This document shows positions 9,501-15,125 of a DNA stretch of 20,000 bases, piece after piece (position 1 is the stretch's first letter; each line of letters starts with the position of its first letter). Source of the stretch: an uncultured virus (IMG/VR IMGVR_UViG_3300043568_001465) (Duplodnaviria > Heunggongvirae > Uroviricota > Caudoviricetes); IMG/VR virus record IMGVR_UViG_3300043568_001465, one strand, 5' to 3'. The position numbers and the translations under genes are program-made. The notes below the pieces were generated by a model that did no database searches, was not told the origin of the DNA, and saw only the letters and a program-made list of their open reading frames with translations.

Positions 9501-9515
9501 TTAAAAAAGAAATAA
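6501..9515 (+). CDS. SF2 helicase-like protein with five C-terminal integrase-repeat-like units and a terminal HTH
   Basis: Motif I IPCGYGKG, II FIDEEQ, III FTAT, V LVTGIDAP and VI QFIGRGQR. Five repeats of F/Y..A..YV..L.LK...EW......P..IP.NP..Y...W.SW..FLG follow, then the HTH-like GITQDEVREKTGMSRHMMWKL. Start set to ATG 6501. Confidence 0.8.
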   Translation: MDYLVDGLGFDTAKEQYFTNTYAWQYIIPDAKKSKTFIGKSGITKYDVNTAMGEASPTRGRQFHQLALWGYEADRKYIKKGTTQEQAIEIVKKMDYFFKDDMVEIGWNLRHNKVSREIGTEFYEGPSETWLETIKQKWNEAFIKANQLVIGEVDGQDLGDMSVMGSQGVVTEQINEVLNKHKKVRAIIPCGYGKGFLEFRGVYKFDKAKKNKIIVYYCHNIPATKQLSVKHAEYSDGTIYQGTMNRYVVCSEKKYVKGQASFGIENYSATDGKLKDIIKEALLSKQRTAFYVNNKSAGEFNDTFRTIANQVRYTKKPFAFIDEEQEFCGHISSSKTDAILNPIAEYQVSFTATERQRGTDKNEDRIYNDDVEHFGVVAIEITPSETITEGRSCPIHFKTIEVSENHQLMRQIGVNGIIESVFGDETSAAVRGRMLRAIVCLVKSIKEEDKTHPLLVTSLIVDTENAIILINKLIEHGIIPNDYVVVRGLRQDGLDETKRFNLLEKGIMVGSPWLVTGIDAPNIDALVPTYDMGSEITATQFIGRGQRPVDDKELSVYIPIDPSETFIPSMLRVANNFILGENSHNIGRNTILEEGEVILGSIQRRRITSDIDREVNMNAAYRNYWDNIYNDLTTNEIGSASDYSHFLPFEEAREYVRGLGIKTLIEYEEYCVSGNKPNFIPSNAYRVYQNDWLSWGDFLGTKPGWKGEYKPFDVARKYVWSLNLKNQDEWQRFSSSGERPFDIPANPKSVYGEEYISMYDWLGTKKGWIGYMDYNELVKYIKPLNIKSNSEWNDYWKKNKKPDNIPACPQNIYKEWVSWYKFLGTKEKVPYVSYKEAHKIILKLKLKSLKEWGVWSKTNRPDGIPSNPQLIYKNDGWESWGVFLGTGVIADKNKSFLPYKKARKVIHLVGLKTAAEWREYSSSNKRPSNIPAAPQQYYQSTNEWVSWGDWLGNGGINNKDKYSKKEIDYAKKLLKSGITQDEVREKTGMSRHMMWKLSSELKKK
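8436..9360 (+). repeat. Five tandem ~57-aa protein repeats (approximate bounds)
   Basis: Units end in WGDFLGT, MYDWLGT, WYKFLGT, WGVFLGT and WGDWLGN. Confidence 0.85.
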
Positions 9516-9541
9516 GGTTTTGTTTTGATGAGCAATCCTTG

Positions 9542-9567
9542 ACCCTCGGCGAAAGTCGGGGGTTTTT
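9542..9567 (+). terminator. Rho-independent terminator
   Basis: ACCCTCGGC-GAAA-GTCGGGGGT followed by a T run, directly after the helicase gene. Confidence 0.8.
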
Positions 9568-9578
9568 ACATTGAGCGG

Positions 9579-9586
9579 ATATTTAT
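9579..9586 (+). promoter_or_regulatory. Putative late promoter ATATTTAT-N4-ATG
   Basis: Lies just after a terminator and 4 nt before ATG 9591. Confidence 0.65.
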
Positions 9587-9590
9587 AAAC

Positions 9591-9848
9591 ATGAAGTATA
9601 TAATTTCCGAGGATCAATACAAGAAGATAGCCCAGAGCATTAGCGAGATGGGTGAGAACGATATCCATTTAAAGACGGTTATGGCTCACTACGATGCTGC
9701 GGACTTGGAAAGACAAATTGAAATGACCCATGTTATCACCGGAAAGAGGCGAGCCGACCGAAACCGGGTATACAACGCCCTCAGGGAGATGGGATATCTG
9801 GAGATTCTCGATGTCCAATATGAACTAAACATACTAGATATGGAATAA
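9591..9848 (+). CDS. Hypothetical phage protein (MKYIISEDQY-type N-terminus)
   Basis: Monocistronic unit between two terminators, with an N-terminus like 882..1142. Confidence 0.75.
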   Translation: MKYIISEDQYKKIAQSISEMGENDIHLKTVMAHYDAADLERQIEMTHVITGKRRADRNRVYNALREMGYLEILDVQYELNILDME

Positions 9849-9878
9849 CCTCACAAAAATGTGGGGTTATTTTTTTTT
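9845..9878 (+). terminator. Rho-independent terminator
   Basis: ATAACCTCAC-AAAAAT-GTGGGGTTAT followed by a T run. Confidence 0.75.
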
Positions 9879-9904
9879 ACAACATTATTTCCTTATATTA
9901 GTTT

Positions 9905-10252
9905 ATGCATTTACAAAAGATATTGCTCGGGATATTATTCGGGTTATTGGGACAGATTGGTACCTTCATGCAGTTGCAGGGGTCGTATAAGTATGGTTGG
10001 TATGAGAAGTACTATTGGTGGGTTATCTTAGCGAGCGTTCCGCTTGGCTGGTTATATATAAAGTCGGTTAACTATTTCATTGAGGCGTTTGATGGTCAGA
10101 TCTGGCCGTCCAGGTTGATTGGATTTGGCGTGGGAGTAATTGTATTCACCTTGATGTCCATATACCTGTTTAAAGAGCCCTTAAACATAAAGAATGGCAT
10201 TTGCCTGGGTCTTGGATTCACAATCGTATTAATTCAACTATTTTATAAATGA
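9905..10252 (+). CDS. Four-TM membrane protein, SMR/DMT-like
   Basis: Four hydrophobic helices. The C-terminal YLFKEPLNIKNGICLGL resembles the DMT/SMR 'F.E.l' motif. Confidence 0.6.
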   Translation: MHLQKILLGILFGLLGQIGTFMQLQGSYKYGWYEKYYWWVILASVPLGWLYIKSVNYFIEAFDGQIWPSRLIGFGVGVIVFTLMSIYLFKEPLNIKNGICLGLGFTIVLIQLFYK

Positions 10253-10554
10253 GAAGGTTTAAAAAGATAGTAAAAGAATGGAATGAAGCCACAAATGCTG
10301 AGATTATCGAAGGAATCAGGGATAATTTCATCTTTGGCTTCCTAGGAGCCACCATTGTGGTGTTTATATCCACCAGAACCGACATAATGGTTCTCGCGGG
10401 GTATATCTCCTACTACTACTTCATGGGTAGAATCGTCAACCGACCGAAATATGTAACTTCGCTGGGTAAATTAATAGTATTCCCAATACCTTCAGCACTA
10501 GGAGCATTCGCAGGATATAAATTAGCATATATAATTCAAAATTTAATGACATGA
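10249..10554 (+). CDS. Membrane protein
   Basis: ATGA-coupled start and hydrophobic segments. Confidence 0.7.
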   Translation: MRRFKKIVKEWNEATNAEIIEGIRDNFIFGFLGATIVVFISTRTDIMVLAGYISYYYFMGRIVNRPKYVTSLGKLIVFPIPSALGAFAGYKLAYIIQNLMT

Positions 10555-11090
10555 CAAAGCACTATTTAAACTTCTCTATTAAAGATATCAAAGGAGAAGT
10601 ATGGAAAGATGTAATTGGGTACGAAGAACAATACTTAGTATCAAACAAAGGTAGAATAAAATCCAAGAGGTGTATTAGGATAATGAAGTTCGAATCCTTT
10701 GATGGTTATGTAAGGTTAAGAACCTTTAAGAAAGGAATCAAAAAGAACCTAAGGATACATAGAGCAGTGGCAATGGCGTTTATTTCAAACCCAAATAACC
10801 ATGAACAAATAAATCATATCAATGGGATAAAGGATGATAACCGTGTAGAGAATCTAGAATGGTGTCGACCTCTAGATAATAGAAAACACGCCTCTGAAGT
10901 TCTCGGCTTCAAAAATGGAGATATAATGGTTGCACACCTCGACCGGAACGGAACTATACTAGGAGCATATAACACCTTAAATAAAGCCGCCGGACAGTCA
11001 GGCGCATCAAAGGCCACCATTCGCCGATCCTTATATAAAAAACTTCCGACCAGATACGGACATTCTTGGAAAAAAATGGTACTTTTGTAA
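10551..11090 (+). CDS. NUMOD4-HNH homing endonuclease
   Basis: NUMOD4 EVWKDVIGYEEQYLVSNKGRIKS and HNH IHRAVA..F...INHINGIKDDNRVENLEW, with a C-terminal NUMOD1-like HTH. Confidence 0.92.
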   Translation: MTKHYLNFSIKDIKGEVWKDVIGYEEQYLVSNKGRIKSKRCIRIMKFESFDGYVRLRTFKKGIKKNLRIHRAVAMAFISNPNNHEQINHINGIKDDNRVENLEWCRPLDNRKHASEVLGFKNGDIMVAHLDRNGTILGAYNTLNKAAGQSGASKATIRRSLYKKLPTRYGHSWKKMVLL

Positions 11091-11503
11091 AAAATAATGT
11101 TTTAAATCATGGTTCATCCTAGGGAATTGATTGCTGATATATTTGGAATAGATGATTCACTCTTTGAAGTTGGTGATAGATTAGAATATGAGGAAAATGC
11201 GTGGCGTAGATATATGTTTAACAAACCAATGGATGAAATAGGTGTTTATGTTCTTTATAAAGGCGACAAGATAGTTTATATTGGCTTTAGTAAACAACTT
11301 CATATAAGAATTCGAAGTCATTGTTATAATAAAAAAATACAATGGGATATTTTTGAAAAGTACCTAATAGGTTGTGCTCTAATGTCTAGATTCATAGAGG
11401 AAAACCTTATTATATACTATAAACCCACATATAATAACATTAGCAGACCTAATCATTTTATACATTAATTTCCGACCAGATACGGACACTCTTGGAGAAA
11501 AAT
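11044..11503 (+). repeat. 34-bp direct repeat (11044-11077 and 11470-11503) flanking the GIY-YIG gene
   Basis: TTCCGACCAGATACGGACA(T/C)TCTTGGA(A/G)AAAAAT, 32/34 identical. Confidence 0.92.
11109..11468 (+). CDS. GIY-YIG nuclease family protein
   Basis: GVYVLY...IVYIGFSKQLHIRIRSH...IEENLI..YKPTYN. Confidence 0.88.
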   Translation: MVHPRELIADIFGIDDSLFEVGDRLEYEENAWRRYMFNKPMDEIGVYVLYKGDKIVYIGFSKQLHIRIRSHCYNKKIQWDIFEKYLIGCALMSRFIEENLIIYYKPTYNNISRPNHFIH

Positions 11504-11519
11504 TATACTAACATAATAT

Positions 11520-11855
11520 ATGGAAAAGAAACTAGGTAAAATACAATCAGTTAGATTTGGCCACGGAGGTTATCAGGATGCATGCATTGGTATATCTGTC
11601 ACACTTGGTGATAGTTCTTGGAGTGTAGGTGATTTTAAAGGTACATGGGACCCTGAGATGGTTACCCGTAGCGAATATACCAAATGGACAGAAAAAGATA
11701 GAACAATAGGATTCGACGAGACCATGAGATTCGTTTCCAAACTTCTTAAAGAAGCGAAAGTTAATAGGGTGGAAAACCTAAAAGACATTCCAGTCGAAGT
11801 CACCCTTGATGGTATGCTCCTGAAAGAATGGAGAATACTAACCGAAGTGTTATAG
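11520..11855 (+). CDS. Hypothetical phage protein
   Basis: 111-aa ORF starting 3 nt after the duplicated stop codon. Confidence 0.75.
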   Translation: MEKKLGKIQSVRFGHGGYQDACIGISVTLGDSSWSVGDFKGTWDPEMVTRSEYTKWTEKDRTIGFDETMRFVSKLLKEAKVNRVENLKDIPVEVTLDGMLLKEWRILTEVL

Positions 11856-11869
11856 CCATATTTATCAGA

Positions 11870-12562
11870 ATGAAAGTAGAAGCATTATTCATTTCCGATG
11901 TTCACCTCGGGTCCAAAGGTTCCAACGCCGAAGGCGTTCTGGCGCTATTAAAGCAGTATGAACCGCAAACTTTATTCCTTGTTGGGGATATAATCGACGG
12001 CTGGCTCTTAAAAAGAAAGTTCCGTTGGCCACAATCTCACACCAATGTCATCAGGAAAATACTGTCCTATTCCAAAAATAACACTAAGGTAATATATATC
12101 CCGGGGAATCATGACGAATTCTTAAGGGAATATGGTGAATTCAGTTTTGGTAATCTGGAGGTGCATAATGAGTATATCTGGAACAATACATTCATTACCC
12201 ACGGAGATTTATATGATGGCGTAGTTAAACTAAAGTGGTTAGGTATACTAGGTTCCGTCGGATATGATTTCGCCATAACCATCGACCGTACACTAAAATC
12301 GCTGGGGATGAAACGCTCTCTATCTAAATTCCTAAAGAGCAAGGTTAAAGAAGCCGTTAAATTCATTACCTCCTTTGAATATGAACTAATCCGCCAAGCA
12401 AAGAAACATAATTGCGATACCGTTATATGCGGTCATATACACCATCCAGACGATAGAATGGTCGATGGAGTAAGATACCTAAATTCCGGGGATTGGATTG
12501 AAAATAACTCCTATATCACTTATAACAATGGAAAATACCAAGTACATGAATATAAAGGATAA
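11870..12562 (+). CDS. UDP-2,3-diacylglucosamine hydrolase-like (LpxH/YbbF-type) metallophosphoesterase
   Basis: Motifs FISDVHLG, LVGDIIDGW, IPGNHD, THGD, CGHIH and YLNSGDWIE. ATG 11870 is preceded by ATATTTAT-N4. Confidence 0.85.
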   Translation: MKVEALFISDVHLGSKGSNAEGVLALLKQYEPQTLFLVGDIIDGWLLKRKFRWPQSHTNVIRKILSYSKNNTKVIYIPGNHDEFLREYGEFSFGNLEVHNEYIWNNTFITHGDLYDGVVKLKWLGILGSVGYDFAITIDRTLKSLGMKRSLSKFLKSKVKEAVKFITSFEYELIRQAKKHNCDTVICGHIHHPDDRMVDGVRYLNSGDWIENNSYITYNNGKYQVHEYKG

Positions 12563-13268
12563 ACTCACTATAGTGATTCCTTGTAAGAATGAAGAAAAAT
12601 ACATAGGGAGAACTATACTATCCATAGTAGAACAATATGGTATAAATGGTACAAAAGTAATCATAGCAGACGCTAACTCTACTGATAATACTAGGAATAT
12701 ACTATACGAACTAAAATATACCTATAAGGATATTATCAACATAGAAATAATAAATGGAGGTAAAGTCGCTTATGGTAGAAATAAAGGTTCTGATCTTGTA
12801 ACTACCAAATACACACTATTCCTAGATGCTGATGTAGTTCTCCTGAATAGAGATATAATAAACAATAGCATATATAGAATGCAACATGAACACCTTCATC
12901 TTCTAACCTGTAAAATAAAGTCCATAGGTAAGGACATTAGAACCTCACTCGTATTCCATATCTTCAACCCCCTAAACAAAATCATCTCCACTAAAACCCC
13001 CTTCGCAATAGGGACTTTCTTCTTGACCAGAACTGATGAATTCAGAAAAAGAAATAAATTCGACGAGACACTTCAACACTCAGAAGATTACGCCCTGTCA
13101 AAAACCTACAACCCCGCCAACTTTAGAATATCAAAATACTATGTAGGTCAAGACGATAGAAGATTCAAAAAAATGGGATACCTAGGTATGCTTAAACTAG
13201 TAATCCTAAACTATATCCATAGAGATAATCCAGACCATTATAGAAAAGACGTTAACTACTGGGACTAA
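12546..13268 (+). CDS. Glycosyltransferase family 2
   Basis: Motifs LTIVIPCKNEE, IIADANSTD, GRNKG, LFLDAD and SEDY. Overlaps the upstream gene. Confidence 0.9.
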   Translation: MNIKDKLTIVIPCKNEEKYIGRTILSIVEQYGINGTKVIIADANSTDNTRNILYELKYTYKDIINIEIINGGKVAYGRNKGSDLVTTKYTLFLDADVVLLNRDIINNSIYRMQHEHLHLLTCKIKSIGKDIRTSLVFHIFNPLNKIISTKTPFAIGTFFLTRTDEFRKRNKFDETLQHSEDYALSKTYNPANFRISKYYVGQDDRRFKKMGYLGMLKLVILNYIHRDNPDHYRKDVNYWD

Positions 13269-13292
13269 ATTCCTAGTATACTCCAGGTCTTA

Positions 13293-13594
13293 GCGAGGTC
13301 GACCGAAAGGTCGAGCGAGCATATTACTATGACATATCGACCGGATAAATTTTACCCCTATTTTTATTGCGTTTTTAGTACTAATATCCATACCTTTTTA
13401 TCGTACTCATATTTTATGTATGATTGTATGACAAAATGGCTATATTTCCATATATCTGTATTACAAAATGGAAAAGTGGGAAAAAATGTTAATAAGTGGG
13501 AAGCTCTGGGGATTGACCCTTGCGTGACTCACGACCCACTTTCTAAAAATTTCCAGAAATGAGTACACTCGCTCGACCTTTCGGTCGACCTCGT
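13293..13594. repeat. 28-bp inverted repeat pair (13293-13320 and 13567-13594) around a 246-bp spacer
   Basis: GCGAGGTCGACCGAAAGGTCGAGCGAGC on + versus ACGAGGTCGACCGAAAGGTCGAGCGAGT on -. Confidence 0.92.
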
Positions 13595-13640
13595 TGGCGG
13601 CCCGAGTCATACAAATTTTTTCTGAAAGGCGCAAATTAAG

Positions 13641-13649
13641 TTATCCACA
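13641..13649 (+). promoter_or_regulatory. Perfect DnaA box TTATCCACA (single copy)
   Basis: Exact consensus match. Function is unproven. Confidence 0.35.
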
Positions 13650-13754
13650 TCTATACGGGTCATACAACCGGGTCAAGCGAGGACCGTCAGGTCCGAGCGT
13701 AATAGCCGGTCGACAGGTAGTACATTAATTGCTCGCCCTGAGGGGCTCGCTTCC

Positions 13755-13779
13755 GCCCGGCGTCATACGGCTGGGTTTT
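13755..13779 (+). terminator. Possible terminator for + strand transcription
   Basis: GCCCGGC-GTCATACG-GCTGGGT followed by TTT. Confidence 0.45.
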
Positions 13780-13821
13780 ATGATGCGGATCTTATGAAGC
13801 GTTCTTCTTTCGACCGGAAAC

Positions 13822-13846
13822 AAAAAACCCGGTCATACAACCGGGT
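13822..13846 (-). terminator. Probable terminator for the - strand block
   Basis: On - strand: ACCCGGTT-GTAT-GACCGGGT followed by TTTTT, 50 nt after the stop of 13896..14780. Confidence 0.6.
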
Positions 13847-13895
13847 CAAGCGAGGGACTCGAAGAGTCCCGAGCGAATAAGGTAATACGACCGGA

Positions 13896-14780
13896 TTAAT
13901 TTATATCTATGTTGTAGGTAAATCTTTTAGCGTTATGTGTAAATGTGATACGAAGAGTATCTACTGGCGAGGTTGTGTGATGCTCGAAGTATGACGTGAT
14001 ATAATTTGCTATGGGCTTACAGTATTCGCGTTCGAATTCTGGAGAGTCGATTAAGCCGTGCCAGCCGTCAACAGAATAGTGATCCTTAAGGCCGGTCATG
14101 AACGGGGAATCGCCTAGGAGTATTACGCGTACTTCTATATGGATTTGAATATCCAGGACGCCGGCGTCAGACAGGAAGGCGTTAGATCCAGTTCCCTTTA
14201 GTCGTTTTATACTAGTGCTCATAACTGGGGAGCATCCGAAGATTACTTTTTGGGACATGTCCATTCCCGCATACGTCAGGAAGTCGGCGATGTCCATCTC
14301 TATGCGACCGGCTTTCTTTGAGAAGTTATCTAGCGCCTTCTGAACCTTAGCCATTTTTTTATTCCTGGACTCGTTGAACGCTTTAAGGTCATACGCATGT
14401 ATTGTGGCGTTAACAACTAAGGGCGCGTTCTCTATCAGGAAGTCGAAACCTCTCAGTGGAGGAGACGTAAGCGAAACTATTAAATTTTCCTCGTGTCCGA
14501 AAGCGTCTATCCATATTTTTGTTATATACAGGTGGATTGCTTCTATGTCCTTGATGTCATACTTGGTAAGAAGGATTTTCTTTATATTCTCCACGGCGGA
14601 AATTATCAGGGATCCGTCGATGAGGTCCGGTTCGTTTAACAGTGTAAGTATTACGCCGTACCCGTAGGTATTAGCTGTAACATACATTCTATAATTGTAG
14701 GGACCGTCTTCGAATGCTTTCCCGCGGGTGTATTTGTCTAGAAGGTTAGTTACTTCCGAACTATCTAATTTGTTTGCCAT
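13896..14780 (-). CDS. Hypothetical protein, 294 aa
   Basis: Long ORF preceded by ATATTTAT-N4-ATG at 14785-14792(-). No recognised family. Confidence 0.75.
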   Translation of the reverse strand: MANKLDSSEVTNLLDKYTRGKAFEDGPYNYRMYVTANTYGYGVILTLLNEPDLIDGSLIISAVENIKKILLTKYDIKDIEAIHLYITKIWIDAFGHEENLIVSLTSPPLRGFDFLIENAPLVVNATIHAYDLKAFNESRNKKMAKVQKALDNFSKKAGRIEMDIADFLTYAGMDMSQKVIFGCSPVMSTSIKRLKGTGSNAFLSDAGVLDIQIHIEVRVILLGDSPFMTGLKDHYSVDGWHGLIDSPEFEREYCKPIANYITSYFEHHTTSPVDTLRITFTHNAKRFTYNIDIN

Positions 14781-14796
14781 AGTAATAAATATAAAT

Positions 14797-14827
14797 AAAA
14801 AGGGAGTTCTACATGTGCAGAACCCCC
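14797..14827 (-). terminator. Rho-independent terminator
   Basis: On - strand: GGGGGTTCTGCAC-AT-GTAGAACTCCC followed by TTTT, after 14851..15036. Confidence 0.65.
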
Positions 14828-14850
14828 AGTTTACTAACCAAAAACGAATG

Positions 14851-15036
14851 TTACTTCTTGAGGATCTCGTTACGGTATTGCACCGCAGCTCTCTTTGAAG
14901 TTAAGTTTTTTGAGTAACGACTACCATCTTTGATCACACGTACTCTGTAGCTGGTGCCGTCAAAGTAGATGTTAGGTCCCACTGATGCGTAAGTTGTTAC
15001 TGGTTGTTTCTTTTTTGCTGTTCTTTTAGTAGCCAT
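14851..15036 (-). CDS. Small basic protein, AP2-like DNA-binding fold suspected
   Basis: NIYFDGTSYRVRVIKDGSRYSKNLTSKRAAVQYRNE fits a three-strand-plus-helix AP2/integrase-N pattern. It has its own promoter-like TATATTAG (15055-15062 -) and terminator. Confidence 0.6.
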   Translation of the reverse strand: MATKRTAKKKQPVTTYASVGPNIYFDGTSYRVRVIKDGSRYSKNLTSKRAAVQYRNEILKK

Positions 15037-15125
15037 AATATTTGAGTTTATGAACTAATATAACTAAAAGAATCCAAAAAAAGAAGGGGATGTAAAATAT
15101 TTTTTGGGCATTTCTGCCGGTCGTC

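Larger units (their letters stand above)
13658..13855 (+). repeat. 25-bp exact direct repeat (13658-13682 and 13831-13855)
   Basis: GGTCATACAACCGGGTCAAGCGAGG occurs twice, each copy leading into a GCGA-stem-GAGC hairpin. Confidence 0.92.
13269..13895. other. Structured non-coding junction between convergent gene blocks
   Basis: No credible ORF. Dense in hairpins and in direct and inverted repeats, and it coincides with the strand switch. Confidence 0.85.

Noticed and set aside
1226..12664. Minus-strand and alternate-frame ORFs in the left block (1226, 1605, 3416, 3783, 7718, 8053, 10814, 11573, 12109, 12479)
   Set aside because: They are shadows of longer, motif-bearing + strand genes.
13329..13562. 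77-aa ORF inside the junction
   Set aside because: It lies between the inverted repeats, has an odd composition (Y/F/C-rich) and overlaps DNA motifs, so it is probably spurious.
13293..13874. CRISPR array or attC cassette interpretation of the hairpins
   Set aside because: The repeats differ in sequence, alternate strand and are irregularly spaced. There are no cas or integrase genes and no RYYYAAC/GTTRRRY ends.
13269..13895. tRNA or known ncRNA in the junction
   Set aside because: No cloverleaf or T-loop GTTCRA context was recognised, and the hairpins alternate strands. An Rfam search would be needed to exclude this fully.
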